Origin: Antedon mediterranea
Taxonomy: Eukaryota; Animalia; Echinodermata
DNA length: 64,000 nt
Reading direction: 5' to 3'
Assembly: GCF_964355755.1 (NCBI RefSeq)
Contig: NC_092675.1
Span: 19,812,912-19,876,911, forward strand
The notes below the pieces were generated by a model. It had not been told where the DNA came from, made no database searches, and was given only the letters and a program-made list of their open reading frames with translations. This document shows, piece after piece, positions 39,576 to 51,879 of this stretch (the stretch's first letter is position 1; each line of letters opens with the position of its first letter). The position numbers and the translations under genes are program-made.

Positions 39576-41939
39576 AAGAAATAAATATAATATATATTAT
39601 GGGAAGTATTTGGTAAGATAATGTATGTGTGCTAAAACATTAACAATTCATTTTTTTTTTACAATTTCTATGGTATTTTTTGTTCATTCTAAAATAAAAG
39701 TAAAATATTCATCCAACAAGAAACATCTCAATATAATTTTTTCTCAGAAGCAGAATAAATTATATAAAATATATATGCTATAAATTTATAGTTTTACAGG
39801 TTTCGTCGCATTTGCTATGTTACACCATGTGACTAAATTGATCCATCACATGACTGAAGAGAACCAATGAGAGCATGTCTTGCATAGCTTGACTCTCATT
39901 TAGTATATAGTTCACTCTTCTAAGCCAAATTTGCTAGAATAATTTCAAGAATAAAATGCCTTTCACCAAATCGAGGAATTTAATGATAAACTACATATAT
40001 TGAAGAAATAGACTTCCTAAGTAAAGATTAATCTGAAAGAATAAAATAATGCAAACTAGATTTTTCTAAAAACATTGTATAAAGACATTTTTTCATTTCA
40101 AGTTTGACTTTTAGATGGAAACAAACTATAATAAAACACACATATCTTGCAGAAATTGCCAAAACATTAAAATTCTACACATTTATTTTATTTGAACAGT
40201 AGGCTGTGTCTCACACAAAGGCAACTATGTGACTTCAACAAAACACTGATGAAAGGAGCTAACATACCTTAAAAATTACAATAAGAAACAGTAATAAGAT
40301 AAAATTATTGCAAATAGTGGCCAAGAAATGTTTTTCATCCATATGGTTTGAAATTACACATGTCTTTTCTAGGACTTGAAAACCCCATGTATATTGAAAG
40401 TAATACGTATTATGACAGGTTAAAGGGGAACACCACCAAATAGTATATAAATAAAGTAAAACCTCTATTAAGGGACCAAAAAGTGTTCCCTGTAATAGGG
40501 ATGTTTGACCATGTGAATATATATATTGCTCCCACATTCATTTCTAATGGAAAGTGTTCCCTTTAACACTTTCACCGCCAGGCATTCAATAAAGGAAGTA
40601 CCCCTCACCGCCAGCCATTTTAGAATACCTGTTGAATTGTTCCCTGCATAGGGGTTGGCCATGGTGTGTTTGACCATAATAGTACTACATACAGTTAATG
40701 AATTGTATTTAATGTTGGTCATGTCTCAACATTATAAATGCAACATTGCTAGTGACGATAGGTCACAAATGTATTTGATGAGAAAATTATTTCCAAACCT
40801 TCAGACATTATTGTGTGAACATTCATTTAAAGTAATGGATTTAAAAAAATTATCAAATGATAATTGTGTCAATTGTATTTTAACATACAGTATGCCTCAT
40901 GTGCAGATAACGCCATATGTTACAAAATTAATATGTGAAAAATACATTACTGTCATGAGAAAACCACCTGTTATAATGGTAGAAAATAATTTGTGTATGG
41001 ATAAAATTGTTGTCGTTTATATGCTCCTGTATGTAAATAAATTATTTTAGGCAGTAGCTATTCAAGTATTTGGGCTATTTTTAAATTAAAATGAATGTTT
41101 AGTAAACTAGGTTCATATATATGGAAAGTACATATTTCAAATGTTATCGAATGTCTGGCGAATTGAGCAGGCAAATGTTGGTATAAGTAATTTCTTAATA
41201 TATATTAAATAGATTTATTGCTACAATTTTACTTATTTTTTTATTTCTGTATCAAAAAATGCCAATTTTGTTTGTTGTATATTGTATATAAAACAATCTT
41301 TCTGAAACTGTGTTCCATTGGTTCAAAATGGCAAATACCGTAAACCAACCACAATATTCATTATAACAATGTTATTTTTTTTTGTTTCAGCACTAAAAGC
41401 AAGATTGACATTTAAAACAGACAGTACTACCTGCTTAAACATACAAAGGTTTCTTAACATAATCATGTAATTATGCATCTTTCTGGATGAGAGAAAGTAA
41501 TGCTTGTGTATGGCAAATACACTCACTGAGCGTGTTCATGCATCCATGCAGCGATATTATTAGGCGCAACCAACATATAAATAACCTATTGTATAGGAAC
41601 TTTTTAATTTTCAGTCTGTACCTAACACTCATCCATACTGGTCTAATGTTATCTGCCTTCTTTGAAATTACTGAAAGCTTGTGTATTTCAGATTTTATAA
41701 TCATTTTGTACATAATAAATATGAAATAATCGTCGATTATGGGTTTTCAAAATGTAAATATAATTTTTTGGATTTGGTTTGCATTCATTAATCTAAAACA
41801 AAAAAATAAATTATAATAAATTGAAATTCTTAAAACACTATAAAGGTCATATGTATATAACACAAATAGATATATCAATATAAATTATGGAAAATCAACT
41901 TTAAACCATCTAACAACATCAATAGTGAAATATGTGTTA

Positions 41940-42033
41940 AGCTCTGTTTACAAACTAGTTTGACAAAAAAAGTGTGATGTGCCTAAATATGGTAGTGATA
42001 TTCCTAAATTTGATAGTGATATAACATCATCAT
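41940..42033. mobile_element. MITE family copy 5 (half element)
   Basis: AGCTCTGTTTACAAACTAGTTTGACAAAAAAAGTGTGATGTGCC...CATCATCAT. Confidence 0.7.
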
Positions 42034-42472
42034 TGTTAATCTTACAAAAGTAATAGTTAACTGAAACTTATGAAACTTAGATTATGATTGTGGTAAAAAG
42101 GAACGTTGTTACAATGTTAGACAAAATATTGGAAGACAAAAGAGGCAATTTGTAATTTATGTATATCACCTAATTTCAGTTACTTAAGTTCATAAAATAA
42201 AGGTTCAGATGGAGTGATGCGAGACGAAAAAGTAATATTTTTAATCACGCTTAATCAGCTTATTAAGTTTATCTAGATAAGAAGGATAGTTAGCAGCCCA
42301 AATTATGTTACAATAATGAAGAGAATTATATAATGAAAGAAGGATAGATACGCTGGGAAAAAGTGTGCGTAAGATTATTTATTATCCCAATTGTTTTAGA
42401 AACTTTATTTGCAATATGATTCTGATGACTGGTTCATCTCAAGTTCGTCTCAATTACAACATCAAGGAACAT

Positions 42473-42578
42473 GGGACATAATGATGTCATATCACTAACA
42501 TAGTTGGGCATATCACTACCATATTAGGGCACATCACACTTTTTTTGTCAATACTAGTTTGATAGTGTAGACAGAGCT
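42473..42578. mobile_element. MITE family copy 6 (half element, inverted relative to copy 5)
   Basis: GGACATAATGATGTCATATCAC...AGTTTGATAGTGTAGACAGAGCT|TTA. Confidence 0.72.
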
Positions 42579-43774
42579 TTAGAAATATGTGCTTTGAACA
42601 TAAATATTTATTTATTTTATTTATTACTCCGGTAATGAAATTTCAATAATCAATCAGGCTGTCCATCAATCAAAAATTGATTATAGGTTCATATTGAAGA
42701 AATGGAAAAATTAATTTCTCTACGATATAAGCACACAACAAAAATGTGTGGTAAAAAGCAACTTAATAAAAAAAAAATCAAATTATTATTATTTAAAATA
42801 TCATTAACTGTATGCTCTTTCTCTGTGAAAGTGTTAAAATAAATTGAAACTAATTTAATATGCCAGACGTTGACTAACCTGCGCTATATGACCATAAAAC
42901 ACAGCAATTCTAGTCCCCTGTTGATCTGATTATCACAGCATTAATAGTCAAAATATGTTAATGCTATGTGTTTTATTATTGTGAATTGTATATTACGAAT
43001 CTATCTAATGCTTTTCTATGTCAATATAAAAACTTGAAAATGATTTGGATATATGAGGGAAAAAAACATGACAGGTGTATATTGGATGTAACAGTATCAT
43101 TATTGTTTCATTCTTATGAATAAATCCAATTTATTAGAACTAAAAATATTTTAATCAAGTCATCTTTATTTATCTAGAGTAGTCCCTGGTTTACAGAGAA
43201 CCCAATGTGGATCTAATACAACAGGGATGTAAGTAATGTCATTGTAAACACACAGAAAATGTAATGATAATGATTTTTTTTTAATCAATAGCTGTTGATT
43301 TGATTTGATTTCCTTCATGTTTTCCCATATTTTGTGCTGTTAAAATGAGCCTGGTAGTATGAAGCCATAACTACGGCTAGCAACATTTATGCATCTTGTA
43401 AAAAATAAAATCAGTGAAATGATCACAAAAACCAATTCTGCAACTCCCTTGAAGCGGTGCTAGTATTTTCCTAGCCCACTGGTTAAAATTAAAGCAGTTT
43501 TGCTCGCTTACTACCAATTATACTAATAGGTGAACAAGATGTCGTAATAATAATAAAACAAAATATGAACAATGTAGCTTGTATGTTGTTAAATTGTATG
43601 TTTTTGTATCACTAACTGTTATATAATTATTTTATTTCGTAGATTGTAAATGTTTATGCCCTCAGTTTTCATATTATTACTTTTGAAATTTTATTTGTGA
43701 AAACACTATTCCTAAGGGTAATTTTGAGCTATGTAAATTCATAGTATGATTTGCATTCACTATCAGCTACTTAC

Positions 43775-43885
43775 GTATGGAAAATCACAATTTCAACATT
43801 CACGTCTTCACGATCTTTATGAAGAAAATCTTTCAAGAAATTTGAGACGCTGTCGTAAGTTATATGTCCACATACGACAATATGC
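43775..43885 (-). CDS. KCNMA1: Slo1 exon, start of RCK1
   Basis: cag|G CAT...AC|gtaagt; 111 nt; [36 protein letters not shown](T). Confidence 0.97.
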
Positions 43886-45147
43886 CTGAAAGTAAGAAAA
43901 ATGACATAAATTACAGATATGGAGCAGGCAACTGAAAAGTAAATAATTTAGCTTGATAGTTATGATTATAGATTACAAGTTGAAACCTGTCAAACATGGT
44001 TAAATAACTAAATGTATATAAATCTTATATAAAACCATTGCGTAGATCAGATTAGATTACATTATATTGACAAATTAGAATGAAATGTACTTAAATCATA
44101 ATTACAATATCAAACAAGTATTAATACATTTAGTGTCATTGACCATTATAACAAAATGTACATTAGCGTATTTGATTGTGTGTATCCAAAGGCTAAACAC
44201 ATGTCCAACAACTGGGCTAGTCAGATAAATTTTATGTGGCGTTTCATTAGCCCAAAAAAGACACATTTATACTTTTTTTTTAATTAAAGTTGTTTACTTG
44301 AACAGAACAGACCTTATCAATAAAAATATTTATTTATATAAATGTATTTTTAATTTTCAACTCAAATGTTTATACTTTTTAGCAGCCTTCCTATAATCTT
44401 ACAACAAAATTCAAAAGTCAAAATTAGCGGGTAGGATTTTTTTAGGAGCATTATTAAATGGTTGAGTATCTTAAAATAGGAGATGATATTATAAGCAAGC
44501 ATGGTATTTACTAGACCAAATAAAATTTTTTAAATAATATTTTAAATTGAAGTTATCCTGCATGCCAGGAAAACTGTAAAAATAGTGCAGTATCCTTTGG
44601 GATCAGAAGACAACTCTATTATATGTATTGCATATGTATAGTGTATTTAACTTTTTAAAACATTTTTTAACTTTAGATGACTTCCACTGCCATAAACGAA
44701 GGAAATATTTTTTATGTCACGTCAAAAATCATAATACGATATATTCATAGAACGTACAATAATTACAATCCTTGCAGAACTGCTGTTGGAATTTAGAAAA
44801 TTTATGTGCAATGCTCGCCGAGTGCTTTTGTACATGAACGATGGATTCTTACGTAAATGCAAATATGACGTTAGTTCAGCTTATGAGTATAAGCTGAAAC
44901 TTACTCAAAACATGTTTCTGAAAGTTTTGTTTAATAATATAACATAGATTTAACATTACCTCTACAGAACAGAATAGTAAAAAGAAATAGGAACCACAAT
45001 GCATATAAAATGAAACAAGAAATACAAATTATAGAAAGTAAAATAAAAACATGATCAGGAAAGAAACTATTGTCCATAACACGATTTACTTTATTTATTG
45101 ATCATGCAGCTAATTTAATTAGGGAAAATAATATGATTTGCACCTAC

Positions 45148-45239
45148 TTTTTCCCACCTTCCTTGGTATATACTCCTCCATAAATATTTCGACTACTAAT
45201 GATTTCAATGATTTCCGGTGTGTAACTTGCAAAGATGGC
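45148..45239 (-). CDS. KCNMA1: Slo1 exon, end of S6 and C-linker
   Basis: tag|GCC...AA|gtaggt; 92 nt; AIFASYTPEIIEIISSRNIYGGVYTKEGGK(K). Confidence 0.95.
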
Positions 45240-47320
45240 CTACAAAATACAAGAATTATTGTACAATATATATAAAAACATGAATTTAAAAAAATTATAT
45301 ATAATATACATTCATTTGTATGTGATTAAATCATTGTGAAAAGTTTTATTTAAAAAAAGGTTATAAAAGCATTGATTTAAAAAATAAAAGAAATGATGAC
45401 GGTAATACGTGGGAATGGTCCCACGAGAGGGCGCTATATCGGACTGTCCCATTCTTTAAGGAGGTGAACTACGGTAAAATTCTTCTTTTCGTAATTGTTT
45501 CGCACTTCGTGGAAAAGGGCTACTGTTGAGGTTTATCCAGGTAAGTAGGCATGTAATAGACTCATATATATACATACATTCATTTGTATGTAATTAAATT
45601 ATAATGAAAAGTGTTATAGGTATATAATATCGTACTTATTTATTTTTTTATTTTATTTCAACAATTTCAAATAATTTCTATTGTTTAACAAATAAGGTAT
45701 GTATTACAATGTATACAAAATATACATTAATTTGTATGTGATTAAACCATAATGAAAAGTGTTATAAGTAGATACTACACCGTATTCAAATAATATGTAA
45801 TGTTTACCAAATAAGGTTTTATAGTACAATGCTTTGCTAGCTAAATATATATAATGGAGAATCACAATGTTTGTCTCAATAGGATATAAAAACTCAGCAT
45901 AGTATGTGAAAGTTAACTTATAAATCAATATTTATCATATTGGATCTTTAAGATGATTCAGGAAACTGTTAAGTGGCCTGTTATTGTTTGATAAAGGATG
46001 TTTATTTATGCCACCACTTGAATGTTTCGGTTGTTATATATTCTGCATACATAGAGATATTCTCTATGATGCAACCAATAGCATATGATTACTTTTTTCA
46101 GACAGGCTGTTTGAACTGTCTACTGTGCAGCCTCTATCAAGCTCTTGAAAGATATCAAAGCTACCTTTAGAACAACCAGAATCCAGGCCCTTCATGGGTT
46201 ATAAGTCTCATGGGCTGTGGGTGCATGGTTGTGGAGATAGTTATCTCTACACAATTTCCAATGCCTGGTTCAACATTCTCTCAAGACAAGTCACTCATTT
46301 TACCCTTATTACTTTCTTGATTTCTGTACTTTATTTCAGCTAATTTTCCCACACATACATTTTTTAAGGCACCATCATCTTCAAAGTCTACTAGCACACT
46401 TTCATGTAACATTACAAATGTATACTATTTCTTATCCGATTTGGGTTGGTTTGGGGTTGTGTCATAAAGGAGACATTTTTTTTGTCCGATATGTCTGCTT
46501 TATAAATAATTAATCTTTATAATTAATGGCCCACAGATTATGAAGCTACAACATCAGGGGTAATAAGCATGGTTAAATTTATTTTTCTTCATCCGTGGTT
46601 TAATATATTTGTTTTCTTGCAAGCAATGATGCATGCAGACCTAAGGATATTGACATTTGATAGTGATGATCTCGTCAGAAGGCATTGTCACAGATGGTAA
46701 TTCCTCCAAGCTTCAAGCATGTGTCCCAATGGGTGATTATTCAAGATTAAGATATCTAATTAAAGCCCAGGTTCAAAAAGCAATGGCAATGTCTGAATAG
46801 GGTTAATTAATGTTAAACGACAAGGGAAAGCACTAATAAGTATTGTTCAGATTAATTAAAGTCAGAAGAGTGCCATTGATGCATTAAACAAAAAATTAGG
46901 TTGGAATTGGTGCTTGGATTTAATAGGTTGAAAAAGGTTATAGAACAGACAATTATTTTCATGCCGATATGTATTGCTGGACTTTGGATTATAATGGTCT
47001 TCACTCAACACTTTATGTGCTAAAGCTCATTGAAAGATTTCAGGTCACATTATGCAAAATAGCCTTCTTGAAAACAATCACAATACTTTTTTTTAATACA
47101 AAATAACATTTCTTAATGTCTGCCATCATTGTCCTTTCTTGCTCAGATCTTTTACATAGACATTCCCAGATAAGATGGCTGCATCTTTTGAAGCTAAGAT
47201 GTTGCATTACATATACAGTATGCACCATGAGCCACATGTGTATAGGCTCTCACTACAGTCAACTCTCTGGGAGACAGATAGACATCTTTGGGCTGGCCAA
47301 TATGTCTGGTTTTCCACAAA

Positions 47321-47468
47321 GTCTGGTATTTTGAAAGTGTTTTAAATGTTAAAAAGGAATTTGGGACCTTTTGGACTCTGAAAAAAGTCTGGTATTGGAA
47401 GAGTTTGTGGTTTTCAGAAAGTCTGGTATTGGGAGAGTTTGTGGTTTTCGGAGATTCCGGTATTGGAA
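47321..47468. repeat. Short 30-bp tandem repeat
   Basis: GTCTGGTATTGGRAGAGTTTGTGGTTTTC, 3-4 units. Confidence 0.75.
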
Positions 47469-47587
47469 GTCAACTGTATTCAGAAGGAATAGAGGAATGT
47501 CTTTCAATGTTCATGCCATCTTGTTGAAGAATTCTCCTATATAAAAATAATACATTATTATTAACTATTTCTTGAGAGAAAACTTAC

Positions 47588-47758
47588 CAGGCCACCAAAG
47601 ATAAAGAACGTCATAAAGCATCTTCCACATGTTGTTTGTGCATAGATGTCTCCATAGCCCACGGTTGACATGGTGACCACGACAACATACAGACATGTAA
47701 AATAACTTAGGTCTTGTGTGTTACTAAAATTCTCCCATGGGTCGCCCGAGTTTTCCAC
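47588..47758 (-). CDS. KCNMA1: Slo1 exon, turret, pore helix, selectivity filter and start of S6
   Basis: tag|GTG...CTG|gtaagt; 171 nt; [57 protein letters not shown]. Confidence 0.98.
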
Positions 47759-48058
47759 CTAGACAGAACAAAAATAAAAGATTTCTAATATTTAAGTTTT
47801 AATAGAGAATTTTTTTAATGTGTGTACTAAAATTGTTAAAGGGGCACGGCCAGAATTTTCCTATAGTTGTTTGTTAGTCAAACTCACTGAGTGAAAGTTC
47901 TTGAAGTAAACTTCTGGTTCTGGTGAAATACCTAGGCCACCAGATCATTGCACATAGCTATTCCAAAACCATGCTGATACTAACAACTTAAAGGTATCAA
48001 TTGATTCAATGATCTAACAAAGAAATATTTAGGTTCTTTAGTAACTTGTGTAACTTAC

Positions 48059-48210
48059 CAAGTGAATGACTCCAGCTGCAGTGAGCATGACCGTTAAGAA
48101 AACAGTCAACATGTTCGTCACTTTGATGGCATTGCTGGTCTTCAAAACTCTCAAAAATTGTAACACTTCAGAAAGCTGCATCAGCCTGAGGGCCCTCAAG
48201 AATCGGAGCC
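48059..48210 (-). CDS. KCNMA1: Slo1 exon, S4-S5
   Basis: cag|GG CTC...TTG|gtaagt; 152 nt; (G)[50 protein letters not shown]. Confidence 0.97.
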
Positions 48211-50313
48211 CTGTAGATAATGTAAGAACAATTTCAAATACATTACAATAACGTATTTTCGAATTACAACTTGATATTTTGAATAACACGTTTAATATTT
48301 AAATCAAGCCATACCCTAAATAGATACCCTAGATAAGTGAGATTTCCTTTTGGGACAAAATGTGATTTATGGATGCGATAGTCCAGTTTGCACTGCTGTT
48401 GATTATCAAGACTATTTAACATTAATTATTGAGACTATTTAACATTCATTATTCATTTACTATCCCAAAACAAAACCTCTCTATTGTAATTTTCATCTAG
48501 TGTATGTAAACCATTGCTTCAACTGTAATATACTTTATCAATAATCAAGTTCACTACTTTTTTTAATAGATTAGTTTTGAAATCAATAAACCTATTAATA
48601 TTCAAATCAATTCAAAGTCTGATGCCACATACGTTTATAGTTTGTAGTAAATATGGTTGTTTAATTATATGTTCACAAAGGTCAAAGGTGAATAATTTTC
48701 ACAACGTTTTTTCCCCAACCTAATTTTGTCACAAAATATTTTTTTAAGTAAAACAGTATAGATTTTTCTAATTTTTTTAATTATTTTTTGTAATTTAAGA
48801 TCTTAAAAACAGATGTCCATTTTTATAATTTGTGTGTACTTAAAGATGATGTTTATAACATCCTGTGTAAAACAAAATGGCTACTAAAACTCTTGTAGAC
48901 ACAACTAATCCCTCTATATATACAAAGTCAAATGTTATTTTGGAAAGAATCTGTAATGAAGGATTCCGATATCTTGTACCTATGATACATCAATTTAATT
49001 CCATGTAAAACATAATTTCAGACATAATTTTTGTTGCTTAATTTACAAACAGCTGTCTACAAATAAAAGATTTTATTATCTTATTATTATTTCTATTGCT
49101 AATATTTTATATTTTATACATTTCAATTGCTGAAAAATAAAATTCAAATTGTATAAAATATTTTTGCACTTTATACAATATTATTAAACTTGTACAAAAA
49201 AAAGTTGTTTCCAAATTAAATAAATTGTTTCTGAAGGATTGAAAACATTTAATACTTTTTTAGTTTAGAAAAATTACACATGCAGTATATTTATCTTAAA
49301 CATAAAAAATCACCCTGTATTGAATTTGAATTAAATCAAAGTTCATTAACTGAATTAAGTTCAAACAAAAAAAAATGTGCTAGGTAATGATTATCAGTAT
49401 TAAACATGAAACCAATATTGTGCATACATACAAATGAAATCCAATTCTCTATCCATAGATAAACGGTAAATTAAAACATCTAACCAAATAGATGTTAAAG
49501 TTACAATAAAAAACTTTGATATCTTTGCACAACTAACTTCAGTTAAACACTACAATTAACAAATATATATTATGGTTTAATACAAGTTAACAAAATACAG
49601 TAACATTAAATTTTCAATGTTTACATATCAAACTTAGTTCTGTATTCTAGGACAGTAATTTCCTATTCCTAAAATATGCTAACATTAACAGCCACCAAGA
49701 TGCAAAACCTGCAAAAAATAGCATAAATATAAATCTCTAAAATTTCATACATTATTGAGCAAATCAATTGCGTATTCCAGTTGAATAAAAAAGATAAATA
49801 AAATCATCTTAAAAGTACTTTTATCAAGAATTGTTTTTATTCCCCCATATAATTTAATGAAGTTCAATTGTAGATTTTCAACATACAAAATTTAAAAAAG
49901 ATACATAATGAAGTTTGAAGCATTATCCACCTTAAAGCAGACTTGAACCAACACCTTACGACTATAAAATAAAGCACCCGAAGCATTTTAGCCTTCATAT
50001 ACACAAACCTTTACCAATAAAAACATATAATTTACATTGAATAAAGAGCTATACTGTAAAAAAAAACAGTTTTATGGACTTAGTTCAATAGATCATAGTT
50101 CAAGATTCATTCATTCTTATTTACTCTTTTAAGATACATACATAATCAATAGTATTTTACAAATTAAAACTTCATCTTATCAATTCTGAAAAGTAATTTT
50201 TTCTAGTTAAGGAATATTTAAGTTTTGATTTATACTCAATATAAAAATCAATTAAATATTTACTAAATGTTCCATATTCACACTAAACTTGCAGTCTTCA
50301 GTTTGTAGTTAAA

Positions 50314-50442
50314 AGTAGACAGTGAAAATCTAATAATTATCTTCTTGTCCATGCTATTTCTAAGTTCCGTTTTTGTAGTCCACAGTTGAACGTGAGAACT
50401 TGATTTAATTTCCATGTTATACCAGACAATGTATTTGTACTG
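50314..50442 (+). repeat. 129-bp target-site duplication, copy 1
   Basis: AGTAGACAGTGAAAATC...GTATTTGTACTG, identical by eye to 51751-51879. Confidence 0.93.
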
Positions 50443-51750
50443 GTACTGGTACTGGTACTGGTTCAAATAACCGTCTCACAGAGACATCTGGTAGCCATTG
50501 ACTTGAAGTTGGCATTTGGATGTGTTACTTTTAAATGTAGGCCTACAGTATGAGAGTGACTACTACCAAATTACACAGTCACAAAACAACTTATAAAACA
50601 GTTCATATATACAGTTAAAACATTGCTGGGAATTATAAATTTCTGTTGAAGCAGGCTCTAATGAAGTTGCATCTAGTAAGTTGACTTTGTTGTACAACTC
50701 TATCAAGTACTGATGGTATCTTCCGACCTCTTCGTTTACTTTGTGTTGTGTGAAAAGTAAGAATTTTTGTAGGATCTTCATTTTCTTTTCTAATTACATG
50801 TCCGATCCAGTTGAATTGTTGCTTGTAGACATATTCTTCTAGCGGTTGACAGCCAGTAATTTTGTAGAGATCGTCATTATCAATTACGTAACGCCAGTCT
50901 ATATAGTTTTCATCTGTTTCAGCATCTGAGGATATGTCTACATGGTTTGGTGGGCAGACTCTTTGAAAGCCATTCACTAGCATTCTTCTTAGGAAGGTTT
51001 TGTATGTTGTGCTAAGTTTGGACATTTCACTTCCTGTTGCCCTCCAAGCATGGCAACCATAGGTGAGTCTACTCCTAACTAGACCATTAAGAAACATCAT
51101 TCTTGTTTGTAGGTGGATCGTTCTGTTGGTAAGCAATGCCCTATTCTCTGCAAATGCTCCTTTGGCTGAATTGATTCTGTATTTTACTTCTTGATCTCCA
51201 ATATGAACATCATTGTAGGTAGCCCATACACCAAGGTATCTAAAGTGTGTTACGTTGTTAATGTGTACGCCGCCAATTTGTATGATGCATCTTGGGTATT
51301 CTTCAACTTCCTCTTTCCAGTTCCATATAATGGTTTCTGTTTTGGGGGCACTAATTCTTAGGCCAAATTCCAGACATACTTTATTCAAGATGTTCACAAT
51401 GGTTTGCAGTTCTTCTTGTGACCAGGAGCTTACAGCAAAGTCGTCAGCATAGCCACTTTCAAAGTCGTCATAGATGCCCCTTGATGGTGCTTTACATCTT
51501 TGAGCACGATTTGTAGCTTCAATAGGAATTAGGTATTGTATCATTAGGCCATCCAAACTAGCATCTTTACAGCGTTGTTTGAACACTCTAATAACGTAAT
51601 CAAAATATTGGTTAAACATGCTGGTACTCTCAATACCACCCTGTCGCACCCCAGAAGATGTTTCGAACTTATCATCACTCGGATCGTCGTCAGCAAGGTA
51701 TGCTTTCGTTGAGCTGTACAGTGATTGTATAATGTCAATCATAGTAGGCC
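50443..51750 (-). mobile_element. 5'-truncated non-LTR retrotransposon (RTE-like LINE), recent insertion
   Basis: Intact 369-aa RT C-terminal ORF, short 3' UTR, (CCAGTA)4 tail at 50438-50461, and identical 129-bp direct repeats on both sides. The clade assignment is an inference. Confidence 0.92.
50633..51742 (-). pseudogene. Reverse transcriptase, C-terminal half of LINE ORF2 (N-terminus lost by truncation)
   Basis: Motifs GVRQGGIES, YADD, FGLRISAPKTE, FRYLG, LTYGCHAW and WIGHVIR; no stops. Confidence 0.93.
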
Positions 51751-51879
51751 AGTAGACAGTGAAAATCTAATAATTATCTTCTTGTCCATGCTATTTCTAA
51801 GTTCCGTTTTTGTAGTCCACAGTTGAACGTGAGAACTTGATTTAATTTCCATGTTATACCAGACAATGTATTTGTACTG
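51751..51879 (+). repeat. 129-bp target-site duplication, copy 2
   Basis: Identical by eye to 50314-50442; abuts the truncated 5' end of the LINE. Confidence 0.93.

Noticed and set aside
34428-47587. Duplicated mutually exclusive exons like fly slo A1-A3 or vertebrate e9alt
   Set aside because: I found no second copy of the S6/C-linker or HIVVCGH exons by eye; a tblastn could still reveal diverged ones.
49432-49479. 48-nt phase-1 segment (DVLIYRLSMDRELDFI) in the S3-S4 intron
   Set aside because: AG/GT and frame fit, but composition is intron-like, the tract is weak, and it would change the conserved Gly before S4 to Trp; likely chance.
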